A stretch of DNA of 64,000 nt from Phoronis australis. Lineage: Eukaryota; Animalia; Phoronida. The position numbers and the translations under genes were made by a program. Shown in pieces: positions 50,607 through 62,710 of the stretch. The notes under the pieces are model-generated. The model searched no databases. It saw only the letters and a list, made by a program, of their open reading frames with translations, and was not told where the DNA came from. Each line of letters begins with the position of its first letter. The stretch's first letter is position 1. The DNA is taken from NCBI GenBank assembly GCA_002633005.1, contig NMRA01000126.1, positions 415,914-479,913 of the forward strand, read 5' to 3'.

Positions 50607-50712
50607 CTTGACCCACCCAATTCCCAGATCTTGTTCATGAAGGGAGGAAGTGTTTCATTCTTGTTTGAACACTGCTGGGCCCTATCGTCTTCACAGCAGG
50701 GTAGATACCAGC
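50607..50712 (+). CDS. CRYZL1: CRYZL1 exon 9
   Basis: tttcag|LDPPNSQILFMKGGSVSFLFEHCWALSSSQQGRYQ(H)|gtatccttt. Confidence 0.95.
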
Positions 50713-50976
50713 GTATCCTTTTTCTGTGCTGAATATCAAAGTTTTTCTGCATTGTGTTATTTCATTGTGAACAGTTCAGTATTGTCACGTTTCATTTTTG
50801 AGTTGATTTGCATGTTTTATCAATATCTTTACCATTCAGGTATATTTGTGGTGATATGTTCAGCATAAAATACAGTGTCTGAACATAAAATTTGGAGGTG
50901 GGGGTTGCGCGTACCATTTTTAGTACGATGATGAATTTTCAATTGATATGTTATGTAGTATTCTTAACTTTGTTAG
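50713..50976 (+). other. U12-type (minor spliceosome) GT-AG intron, CRYZL1 intron 9
   Basis: 5' splice site GTATCCTTT; branch-site-like TTCTTAAC at 50961-50968, just upstream of the AG at 50975-50976; no long polypyrimidine tract; frame preserved. Confidence 0.9.
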
Positions 50977-51022
50977 ATATTTTACGTGAAGTTGTGGAGA
51001 AATTTGGGAAGAAAATCATCAG
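50977..51022 (+). CDS. CRYZL1: CRYZL1 exon 10
   Basis: tgttag|(H)ILREVVEKFGKKII(R)|gtaaat; matches ILKDVMEKL...FR. Confidence 0.92.
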
Positions 51023-51797
51023 GTAAATACGAAGGTTGTTATGGATACCGACGTCTGTGTATTCAGCTCTATGTCTATGAAACTATAAATTTTAAGTCAG
51101 TATAATAAAAATTTTCTGGAAAGCCGGAAGAATTTGATTTTTGTCTTTTTATCACTTTTTATCAATCTGCCCTTAATTGGATCATGTGACCATGTTTTTT
51201 AAGTAAAATTTAGGAAAGTGAATGTACAATATAAATGTTTGAGATGAAACCTCAAAAAGGCTGTTGCAGTTTTATAAATTATCATTTCACGTTTTGCAAC
51301 TTCTTAATAGATTTTTTTGAAAATCACAGAAGTCCATTTTTGATTGCCCCTAAATAAAATGGAACATTTCACACAGTTCCTAACAGCATTTTGTAGAACA
51401 GTGTATAAAACATTGTATCTCAACATTTGATACGAGTCCAGTCACCCACCTCTGAGATATGATGTTCTGAGAGTGGCCAAATTTGGACATTTTTAGGATC
51501 TTACATTTTACCATAAGTGTCATGTTTCAACAGAGCTTTGTCCTCAGAATTCTTAGTTATTGCATAGTGTTTGCACATTCCAGAATTGTGTTAACAATAT
51601 TTACACTATTTACAGTCCATTAGCAGTGGCTATTTAAAGTGTGTACATAATAATATTTACTTTGTAAGTCCACGTTGTCTAGCCTTTTCCTTCCTGTTTG
51701 ATAAACACAATATTGATGGTGTTTTCAATGCACAAAGAAGTAAAGGTTGGATTGTTTTAGCTGCTTTAATGTTAAATGACTCATTGATTAATTGCAG

Positions 51798-51906
51798 GCC
51801 CAATGTGAAAGTGGTGACCTTCGATAAAGTCCTGGCAGAGTTGAAGACATGCCATTCACATGACCAGTACAGTGTTGTAGTGCGCATGTTAGATAGTTAC
51901 TCGTGA
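51798..51906 (+). CDS. CRYZL1: CRYZL1 exon 11 (stop)
   Basis: attgcag|(R)PNVKVVTFDKVLAELKTCHSHDQYSVVVRMLDSYS*; spliced CDS is 1065 nt, 354 aa. Confidence 0.85.
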
Positions 51907-52050
51907 TCCTCATCTAGTGCATAACCCTGTTCATACTAAAATGCAAGGACGTCACAAATTCATTCATTGCAAGTTAACAAAGTAAATACACCACCAGCTG
52001 GCTTGCAGTCAGAAATGCTCACCAACAGTATTCTTTTTGTTGTGTACACA

Positions 52051-53400
52051 ATTTTTATGCTCCCACATATTCATGATGAGGGTGCATAGCGCTGTCATCT
52101 CTCTCTGGGCCTCTGCTGCTGTATGTCCGTGCAGGATCTTAATGAGATTTGGCAGATGTGATCTTATGAATCTGATGATGGGTGCCAAGGAGTTTGATGC
52201 CCATCCAACTATCGCTGTGCTCCCTAGTGACCGGAATTGCTTGATGGAGTTTCATTAGATTTGGCAAATAGGTCTCAATTAAAGAGCTGACAACGTCCTT
52301 CCATTTTTGGATGAATTTGAAGTATTATGCGCAACTTAGTGGCCATTTTCAAAACAGTTGTTGAATCCACCTTTCTATCTGCCAAACCCCTTATACAGTA
52401 GGATCATTCTTATAATTGACATGTGTTCCTGATGGGGATACTGCTGCTGACATTGATTTTCGGACAAGTTTGACCACTCTAGCACTCCCTAGTGGTATTG
52501 TCTTGTGTCCGCCTGTGTATCTCAACCGTTTATAGGATCTCTATGAAATTTAGCAGATGTGATCCTGCGGATGAGATTCAAACCAATGCAACTACTGCTA
52601 TGCCCCCTAGTGGCAATTTCAGTTATTTACATTTTCCTCGGTTTCTTCAGATTGATGGATTATTCTGCACTACTTGGTGGCAATTTTTATACTTTCAGTC
52701 CTTGTTTTGTTATCCACTGGTTTATTTGCCAAACTTTTGAAGAATAGGTATGAATCAGATGTGTTGCTGATGAGATCACAGCTAACGTTGATTTTCAGAC
52801 GGGTCTCACAACTGGTGATTTTGTTGTTTTTACATCTCCGGCTATATCTCCTTAATCCTTTGCAGGAGCAATCTGACAATGGCTGCCCACGACTTTTTGT
52901 GGTCGCTTACTTTCTCTAGTAGCAAATTTAGTATTTATGCTTGCCTCTGTACCTTCATTTTCCTTGTTGGTTTCACATGAAATTTGGCAAACAAGGCAAT
53001 AACATCTTTCCATATTCTATGCCACCTAGTGCTCATTGTTTTTGTCATCTGCCTCTGTATCCGCCAAACCGCTCAAAGGATCGCTATGAAAATTGGCAGA
53101 TGTGTTCTTACCAACAAGAGAAAGACCGACATGGATTTTCAAATGGATCCAACTACTGTGATGTCCCCAAGTGGCATTTATTTGCATCTGCATGTCTCCT
53201 GAACCCCTTGCAAAGATATTTTAAAAATTTGGCAAATGTATTCCTATTGTCTTGACAACACATGGACAGGTCTGACTACAGATGTGACTTCTGATGGCCA
53301 TTTATTTTTTGCCTCTGTAGCTTTGGTGTTTGTCGAGGTATTTTCATGAAATTTGACAGTTTTGTATTAGACAGTGCATTCCCATTTTTTATGTGTTTGA
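52051..53400 (+). mobile_element. HINE/Helentron-like tandem-repeat element downstream of the CRYZL1 stop
   Basis: TTTTTATGCTCCCACATA..GGGTGCATA 5' end as at 30481; many degenerate ATGAAATTTGGCAGATGTG..CCCTAGTGG units. Confidence 0.6.
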
Positions 53401-55670
53401 CGTGTTCCGCACCATTTAAATACACAAAACATACGGAGAGTGGCGTACATGAAGTAATATCCCACCACACATTATTCGGCGTATCGAGACCAAAGGTCGA
53501 GGTTGATGCGCAGAATAAGGTCGAGTGGGATATTACTTCATCTATGCCAATCGAGGTACATTTTGTATTTATCCCATGCGCTTCTAATTCCTAAGGTTTC
53601 TTGTATTTTTTCGGCAGATTTTTCAAATACTTCACCTAGACTGTTCACATGGCGGATCACATCCTATATGTATGTACTTGCGCGTTACGTTACAAGTTTT
53701 CTCTTGTAAAAGAAAGAGTTTTAAAAGTAAAGATTCATTCCTTGAAAAGAGGTAACAAAGATGAAAGCAACGGCAATTGTGCAGTGAACCTATAACATCT
53801 GGAAATAGTTAAAAAACAACATATAATATTTTAGTTTCCTAGGAATCGGTGCCTGAGTTGCAGACGATATAGTATTCAGCAATTGAAAACTGAGACATAA
53901 GTGTCTTATAATTAACAGTTTTGTTCCAGATTTTAGGTTTAGGGCTTGGTTGCATGTCAAGTGTCAGTTACACTGCTGCAACTGTATTACTTTAAACTAT
54001 ATTCGGAAAGTTTGATGATCGAACCGGCTGAAGATGTCGAGTCGACATTGACCTACCTTTTGAACTTTCCATGTCAGAGGTCATTGTCGAAGTGGTGCAG
54101 AAGGTGAATACAGAAAACTTTATTACATAGCCGTATTTCCTTCGACAGATTTAACACATATGGGATAATGGTCAAGAAACACCCTACTAGCAAACCATTT
54201 GCGGTGTGGGCGCATTTCAATACTCTGTGTTGCTTTTGTTGATCATGTGGTAACATAATTTTCTCATAAACAATGTTTTCTTGTAAACCATTGTTTGTGA
54301 GAAAAGAACACCATACTTAATGGAAAGAAGTGAGTCAAAAGCCTTGAGGAATGAAATTGACCTTGTGAGAAAGATAATTATGTTCATGAGAACAGGACAT
54401 CATTTTTGAAAATGCACTTGTGGTTTGGTGGGAAGATGTCTTGGCTTTGCTAACCACGATTTTTCCAATTCGTTTATTTAATCAGCAAGCTGTTTTGTCA
54501 GTATTTGAAACGAATTTCTTTTTGTACATTTTATAGCAAATTTCAGAAGTTATATTTGCAGATTGTGAATGGCCTATTTTATCCAGTCTTTGTTTAATGA
54601 CAACCTCACCAGACGATACAGACAAAAATTTTCTCAATTTTTTTAATCATTGTGCAATAGCTTAATGGGAACTTACTCGAGGAAGTTTCACTCAAGTGAT
54701 AAAATGGACCAATCATTCTTTGCCATGAGTAAAATGAATCATCCTGTGTTTGACTACACCAATCTTCCAAATTTTTCAAGTCCATTTCAATTTGTGAGTT
54801 TTGTGACCATCCAGAAATCATTGTTCTTGCATAGAATGATGCAATACTTCTTGTAATACCGTTAGATAATCAAGATATGAAACTTGTTTTTTATTTAAAG
54901 TTTAGTTAGTTTCCTACAGCTTATCAAAATAGTGTTAAAGGCAAATGATGCAAAAATGTAGCCTCTGGCAAACATTTAAATTCTAACAATCACTGTTCTA
55001 TGGCAGGAAAATGAAGTAATGTTGTTGCACTATTTTTAGCATTCATATGAAGTTTATTTTTGTGATACTGAATAAATTACACCTCAATGAAAAGATACCT
55101 TCAATTTGTTTTCCTATTTCTCTCCATACAAGAGTTGTAAACACAAAACATACCTTGGGTAGGAATTCCAGAGCTTGGTAATCAGGTGTTCAGTTCAAGA
55201 AATTCTATAAGGCGTAAGAAGCAAAATTTTCATTTGCCAGAAATGGAGGTTGGGAGGGAGTATGGTCATCAAATCTGCCATTTTTCAAAAATTAACCACC
55301 CTTTTTTGATGACTATGGGAGACTTTCAAAGGCAATGTGGCAACTGGTCACATGGGACCAGCTACCAGTGGCCTCTAGAGGAGGAGGAGGAGCTGGCACT
55401 TCATAACTTTTGTTTAAAACGTGTCTAATCACACATTGCAAAAGGGTCTTCACAAAGGCTAACTATGTCGTATGCCACCCCCTGTGAAGACTAAGTAACG
55501 TCTGGTACAACTAGGTGCCGCTATTAGTAACCAATCCCAGGTGATCAGCCCCATTGCTTGCTGACACTCCCCCATTGCTTGATGTTGGATATAAACTGGT
55601 GCTCACATTGGAAGGTAAAACTGAAGCCACTTTCATTCACTGTATTTTACAAGATACAAATGCTTACATT

Positions 55671-55676
55671 TTTAAT
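55671..55676 (-). terminator. Candidate ATTAAA polyadenylation signal of ATP5PO
   Basis: ATTAAA on -, about 205 nt after the stop codon. Confidence 0.35.
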
Positions 55677-55881
55677 TAGAACACTTGTTCCATCAACCTG
55701 ACATCTATCACACAAAACAAATGGCAATGGGACCTATGTGCACCAACACAGAGTTGTCAGGCTTGACCATTGAAACGAGTTCACAGTGTAACGCTCTCAC
55801 TGATAAATACATAAAAACCTCTGACAACCTAGTGTTCTAGAATACACCAAAAACACTCAGTACAACTAGATGTGTCTGTTG

Positions 55882-55995
55882 TTACACTGTCTCTTCAATT
55901 AGTCTTGTATACTTCTTAATCTTGGATGCCATAGACATGTCCACGTACTTGTCACCTATTGTTACAATCATTCCACCAACGATAGCTGGGTCAAC
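55882..55995 (-). CDS. ATP5PO: ATP synthase subunit O (OSCP), last exon
   Basis: cttccttag|VDPAIVGGMIVTIGDKYVDMSMASKIKKYTRLIEETV*. Confidence 0.97.
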   Translation of the reverse strand, partial: VDPAIVGGMIVTIGDKYVDMSMASKIKKYTRLIEETV

Positions 55996-57035
55996 CTAAG
56001 GAAGAACGTATAACAAAATAAACCCAAGTTTCCACAACCTTATATAGCACTGAAAACAAAGATGGATGTCTCAGACAGCACAGCTTGGCAAAAGGAGGAT
56101 CTGATTACCACTTGATGCAAGACGGCAAGACTTCAAAAACAGAATTACAGAAAAATAATTACTGCATGGTTTTCGGCATTCAGACAACTTAAAGTACAAA
56201 ACAACAATAAATTGCTTTGTTATTGATGAAATAAAACAGTAAATAGCTTTTTTTAACGACATATACCGTAATATAAACATAAATGAACAACACAATTATG
56301 CAGTATTTAGGCAAGTGACTTCCTGCCGATGTTTGTGGAATCCTTTTTAAGAAGTCAAATACATAGTATAAAGTAAATTGCATCGTTAATCCTACTACAT
56401 TTTCCACTGCTATTCAAAAAATTGTCAGCAAATACAGAGGTAAACATTAAAATGTGCCACTATGGGGCATCAGGGTAGTCAGACCCAACTTAAAATTAAC
56501 ATCAGCAGGATCAAAATTGCCACTTTCCATGATCCTTCGAGGAATTTGAGATGGACGCCAAAAAATCGTACTACAAGGCACAGAATACGTCAGATATCTC
56601 TGGAAATAAGTCATGGTCTTCTCAATATAAACCTATTTGTCATATGAAAATTCATCAACTGATTGAAACTGGACCGAGCCATTAGCCAAACTTTTCGAGG
56701 AATTTGTAAACATAACACAAATTATGGAAATATTGATAATTACTTTTCTGTTATTAATTTTCCCAAAACTGAAGTGTGCACTTGAATTAATTCCCAAGTT
56801 AAAGAACATAAATGGTAAAACTTTAGTTTTGGTAGGCTTCCAAGATTGTCTGGCAAACATAAAGCCCTGCACACTGGCTGGCATCACACTATAGCATGTA
56901 ACTTTTATGAAACAGCAGAACACCTTCTGAGAACTTCCCAACAAGGTAAAGATTTACACTAATTAGGAGTGACTGGTAATATCTCGCCAAAACCTATACT
57001 TGCAAAAATCTACCACTGAAGCAAACTTAACATAC

Positions 57036-57122
57036 CTTTGTGGCCATCTGCAAAGTCTCTCCCTTCTTCAAGAAGCCCTTCAATGCAGCCTGAAGTTCTT
57101 TTTCTTGACTAGCATCAAGAGG
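57036..57122 (-). CDS. ATP5PO: ATP5PO exon 6
   Basis: tttccag|PLDASQEKELQAALKGFLKKGETLQMATK|gtatgt. Confidence 0.95.
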
Positions 57123-57902
57123 CTGGAAACAAGAAAACAAATGATAGTTTTCCCCGATATGATGTGAGGCTTAAACTATCGCAATGACTACGCAATCTAG
57201 AATTCACTCCAACAAGAGACACTTTCTGTTACGTTATTTACCATGAAGGTTTCTCGTTGTACATTCAGGTGTAAAACATTCTAGTACTACCTCGTAAATA
57301 TAAGCATTAGAACAACCAATAAGCACAATGAAGTTTAGTAAATTGTCATTATTACACAACTCGTGTACGTGAGGTGAAATTGTGCATGATCATTGGAAAG
57401 ACCAAGCACATTGGATATTCACAAGTTCATATAGCACCACAAGTACAAGTTGACGTCACAACAACGAAAACTCTACATGATACAACGTGCAGTGCAATGT
57501 GGGCAGACTTCAAATATAGACTCATTGATGGTTGTAGAAGTAAAAGTTTATCTACACAAGATCCAAGCCAGGGATTTCATCAATGAACAAAGCTCAGGCA
57601 ATTCAATCAAAATCACTATGGATAAAGACCAGTTGTACTCTACACGACATGTTCAAGTATGTCAATTTAGAAGCTTTTATCACTTAAAAGGAGTGGGAAA
57701 TGTAATGTTCGTAGATTGAATCTAAGGCACCAGTCAAAATTGATGTTCTTAGAATTTTAATTGTTCGAAACACAATTCCAGTTTCTGAAAGTTAAGCGAC
57801 TGGTGGTCACTTTTCAGGAAAAATCATCCAAATCTTCGAAATGAAACTTGGTTCTCACTGTAAAAGCAAACTTGATTAAAATCCTTTAGCAAAGATGCTT
57901 AC

Positions 57903-58015
57903 CTTGGCTGTGGTGACAGAGCAAGACACTTCTCCACGCTGGGCTCTCATGATGGTGCTAAAGGCATCGATGACACTACCCAGCTTATTGAGACGGTTGT
58001 TCTCAGCTAAAGCAC
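57903..58015 (-). CDS. ATP5PO: ATP5PO exon 5
   Basis: ttgcag|(C)[37 protein letters not shown]|gtaagc; LAEN.RL and RGEV.C.VT motifs. Confidence 0.97.
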
Positions 58016-58421
58016 CTGCAACCACAGCAAAAGACCAGAGTGAGAAAAGGTTGCCAGTGGCAAAACACAACAAGAGAGATTGTGAATTTCTTTCCATGTC
58101 AGTGATTTTTTTCAGTTGTTCATTAGAGCACCCCATTCTTTAACAAGGTTGGTCAATCTTGGGTCATAAACTATTCAGTTCATGCATACTATATTAGGTA
58201 CTACATGTTAAACACTCAGCTTGACTAGTGCAATCATGGGATTATTGTAACTGCAACCTGCAACCTAAATATGGTTTCTCAAATACTTGAAGAGTCTATG
58301 CCAAAAATGAGATGATTCATGTAATACGTATCAACCACTTACAAAAATCAAACACATGACTAATGACAGATTACGTGAATGACACAGGCACTTATACCCA
58401 ATATCTTTTTATCCCAAACTG

Positions 58422-58624
58422 GATGCGCAAATTATAAACCAACGTCTGAAATCTCACAGTAGTTTCTTCCAACGTTGTTGAGTCACCAGGCTCCCAGTAA
58501 AATTGCGTCACCCTATCATTCCTGTACAACTCCAGGGCCATGAACCATGAGTGAGACAACTTAAATCTGACACAGCGGAGTCTATTCAGGTTAGGGATTC
58601 ATATTGGTTTATAAGTTGCTCATC
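58422..58624. mobile_element. Small MITE-like inverted-repeat element
   Basis: GATGCGCAAATTATAAACCAA ... TTGGTTTATAAGTTGCTCATC, imperfect 21-bp inverted ends. Confidence 0.5.
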
Positions 58625-58639
58625 AAGAACTTCACAAGG

Positions 58640-58938
58640 ATGAATAACATAATGTCCATCATTTGTTTGGCGATATTCCCAACTCTTTATGAATAACATA
58701 ATGTCCCATCATTTGTTTAGCGGTATTCCCAACTCTTTATGAATAACATAATGTCCCATCATTTGTTTAGCGGTATTCCCAACTCTTTATGAATAACATA
58801 ATGTCCCATCATTTGTTTAGCGGTATTCCTAACTCTTTATGAATAACATGTCCCATCATTTGTTTAGTTATATTCCCAACTCTTTATGAATACATAATGT
58901 CCCATCATTTGTTTAGCGGTATTCCCATCTCTTTATGA
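58640..58938. repeat. 50-bp minisatellite, about 6 copies, in an ATP5PO intron
   Basis: Unit ATGAATAACATAATGTCCCATCATTTGTTTAGCGGTATTCCCAACTCTTT. Confidence 0.95.
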
Positions 58939-59272
58939 AGAACAACTAATGATCATTATTGTTTTGATGTTTTCATGTAGTTGAGACGTTTTCATACTGT
59001 AAGAATTCTTCGATTTGGAACAGAAATAATTGCCAGATTTCCATTTTTAGAGGCTTACCACATTGTTGGTGTTTGGTAAGAGTTGACTTAAAAAACGTGC
59101 TAAAAGCAAACTAGATTGTCCTGAAAGGTGATTTTTGTTAAGAAATTTGACAAAATGAAATATCGATTGTCTGCTGTATTGTGTTCCCAACTGAAAAATT
59201 GTCCCCGTAGCCTTTTTTGACTTAAGATTGCATGTGTGACTTGTTGTTTAGCTAAGTGACTGGCTAACTTAC

Positions 59273-59405
59273 AACAGAAGTTCAATGTGACATCAGAATA
59301 TTTTAGCTTTTTAGAGACAGACTGTAGTGCTGCCACCTTCTGCTTGACTTTCAATGAAGGATTAGCAATGAAGTCAGCAAACACTTGATCCTTTTGTAGC
59401 AATGA
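59273..59405 (-). CDS. ATP5PO: ATP5PO exon 4
   Basis: tctttcag|SLLQKDQVFADFIANPSLKVKQKVAALQSVSKKLKYSDVTLNFC|gtaagt. Confidence 0.95.
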
Positions 59406-60721
59406 CTGAAAGAAAGAGAACACAACATTGAATAGGGTACTACTGATTTGACAAAGTAGCAAAAAATATGTTGATCGTTTGAACAGTTGGGTGTGTGTGA
59501 GACACAAGGAATGTCCAAATTGGAGTGTCTCAAACAGTTACTATAGAATTGATCAACGCAACATGAAACTCCTGAATAAGAAGAGGAAAATATGCAACCA
59601 GTACAATGACTGATCACAAATATGTTGATGTTAAACAAACCAAACTCGTGGACTTTTTACTCTCATGTCTCAACTGATTGCATTGTAAGTATAAAAAAAT
59701 TTTGGCACAGCAAATTTTTTCACATCGATAAAAACCAACAGTAATTCAAATTCAAATTGCTTGTCTATACATAATTGTTGGGTAAAAATAAGGACATCAC
59801 AGCGTTTGAAAAATATCTAAAATGGCGACTAAATCGGCAACTGCAGAAGATGAAATACTTAAATGACTAACAAAAAGTTAGGGGACGGCTCACACCCAGT
59901 CAGAAGAAGTAACTTCATTCACATGACAGCCTTGACAAATGCAATATTCAACAACCATCATTGACAACATGATCAAACTGTAATACTAGTGCACCCATTG
60001 GGCGTACACATAGCCACACCCTGGACTTCATGCATGCTCAATAATCTTGTTACTAAAGGGCCAGTGATACTTCTGTCCTTAGACTGGCTGAAATGCAGAG
60101 AAATAAGTTGCGATACCGGGATTTTCCGTAGATAAGCCCATGGGCGTGTATTCGGAAAATGGGAATTTTCAGGTGTTTTAGTAACAGGCGTTTATTTGGA
60201 AAGGGGGGACCTGTAAACGGGAAGTCATAGTTTTGGCTCCACAAATGCCAGCATGGACTGAATACACATAGGCCTGGATTAAGAGGTTACCTGACTTTGG
60301 ATTTTTTAGTTAAAACTTTGTTTTTAAATTTCATGTTATGCATAGTTCGCCAACAGTTCATTTTTATATATGATAAATGCTCCACAAAACTGAATTTGTG
60401 ACTAAAAGTGAGTGGGCTTTTAAGAGGAAATTTTCCAAATAAACGCCCCACAACTTGGACATCTGACACCAAAGGTTGCAACACCAAAATAAACACTCTG
60501 GAAATCGTAAACCCTGACAGTGAAGCGAGCAAACAATGTCAGTTTATCACACCAGAAAAGAATAACTCAATCTAATAAGCGACACAAACAGAGGAAAAAC
60601 GGATCAGTTGTCATGTAATAAAACAAATATAAACCAATCCCTCGGGCGTAGTAGGTCATATGGACACTGGGAGAGCAACGTTATCACCCTCAGGGATCAG
60701 TCAACACTTGTATATTCTTAC

Positions 60722-60832
60722 CTTGAGTGAAGTTAGCTCCGTTTCCACTTTTTCCAGGTGTTTCTGTTTGGAAGCTGCTGAGTAGAGGGCATGGGCATAA
60801 CGACCTTCGACCCCAAACACTTGTATAGGAGC
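60722..60832 (-). CDS. ATP5PO: ATP5PO exon 3
   Basis: tttaacag|[37 protein letters not shown]|gtaaga; GRYA.ALYSAA OSCP signature. Confidence 0.98.
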
Positions 60833-61295
60833 CTGTTAAACAGATCATGAATGATTGCTTAGAAACAGAGTTGTTCATTTATTCTAGTTGAAACACCCTT
60901 AAATCTAACAGCATTATATACTATAACCAGCAATACGTATAAACAATACACACATAGCTTTTTACAACAATCACCAGAATATCTCAGAATTTATGCAGGG
61001 GAAAGCTCTAAGTTATTAGTCACAAAGATAGGATACAAAAGGACATCATCAGTGGAACAGTAGTGTATTTCCAAGTTCAGTTGAAACAACATACACGTGC
61101 ACCGATGCTTCTGTGACAAGAACGAGGAAAGTTTGTGTACCAAAGTCTAATTATCACTTCACAGGTAAATAGCTGTGAGGCGTACTCAACGCTTTGGCAA
61201 AATATCAACAAATCTGGACAAACAGAAAGACTACAACAATGCTTTACAAATTTATTGCTTTTTTGAATTGATGTATGTTGTATCTAACTGCTTAC

Positions 61296-61343
61296 CTGCA
61301 CTAGCTTTCCTGCTCTTGTTGCTGATGTACTGAACTGACGGAC
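61296..61343 (-). CDS. ATP5PO: ATP5PO exon 2 (end of mitochondrial presequence); exon 1 not found in window
   Basis: ctttacag|VRQFSTSATRAGKLVQ|gtaagc; R-x-F-S-T-S presequence motif. Confidence 0.92.
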
Positions 61344-62710
61344 CTGTAAAGGGCAAGAAATGACAATAAGATAGTTGTCAACCTCTGTGAAGTCCTTTCG
61401 GTTTCATCAAATAATTTTTTAATTTAATTCTCCTTTTTCCACAAATAAAAATGTATATTTTACGAATCCTCGACAAGTAAAAAATTCATGCCTTAAATGG
61501 ACGACCAAGAATCTTTGGCCGACAGGTCAAGACACCTGACTTTGAACTTAAGGAAGAGCAGCAGTCAGTGTGCAAGCTCAAGATTCATTAATCAAACCTA
61601 TGGCGCTAATAGGCGACTGCAAGTATTTGACAAGTCAAAGTAATACTACCATAGCAAAACATTCTGCTCTCTGACGATGAGCAGGTTTCATAAAATTGAA
61701 TAAATTGGGAAGGCATCGTCTCTCAAAAACAAAACTGTTTGCTACATTTCATGAAAATCCGCAGAGACTCCAAAGAGGCAAACATAGAATGTAAAGTTGC
61801 CTATTGGGGGCACTGCGGTAGACAGCTCAGAGCCCTCCAAAAAGTTGCAGTTAATCATTGTCGTGTTTATATAAAAACACTTGCAAAAGCTCACAAAGAC
61901 GCTACAAAGAAGTTTAATAATGATCCCTTGAGCAGTTTGGCGGATAAAGAGGCGAACACCAAAAATCAAGACTCAAAACAATAAAAAACAGCCCCTAGGT
62001 GGCGCAGAATCTCTAATTCGCCCCAAAATGAAAAGGCATCGTTCTTTCCTCAATAGAAACACATGCTAAATTTCACAAAAATCGATCCGAGAATTTAAAT
62101 AACATAGACAAAACCTAAAAAATAAAATTACCACTAGGGTGCATACCTAATTGATCTGAAACTTATCAACATTTTTTGATACCTCCATAAGAACACAATT
62201 TAGAACTAAATTTCAAAGAGATCCTTCAAAGAGTTAAGGAAATACAGCTATGGACGTAAAAAATTGCAGCTGAGGGTGAAACAGCATCAAAACCCATCAA
62301 AAAATCAACATCAGTCGTGGTCTTGCCATCAGGAACCCTACCATTTCTCAATGATTAAGTACAACTTCATCTAAGTGATTCTAAAAGTGACTCAAGTTGT
62401 TCCCAGTCATATCTAAGCAATTGCTTACTTGATAAAATAAATTTCTCTTCTACTGCTGATAACTCAAAATTGTAATTTTTAAAATGGTCACTCGTAACGC
62501 TAAAAATGCAGGAAATTCATAGACAAAAACATGCATAAATTTCTCAAACTTTTCTTAATTTGCACAACTAAATAGCTCTTTGCATATGAGATTCGGTTGA
62601 CATTTGGTAAATGACCAAAAAAAATTATTTTAGACCATAACACAGTCAACTTTTGAATATGGACCTTGATTGTGATTTAGCCATATATATACTAAATACT
62701 AAAGGTACAA

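Noticed and set aside
58640-58938. CRISPR-like regular repeats (also 29044-29610)
   Set aside because: Head-to-tail tandem units with no unique spacers, in eukaryotic introns, with no cas genes.
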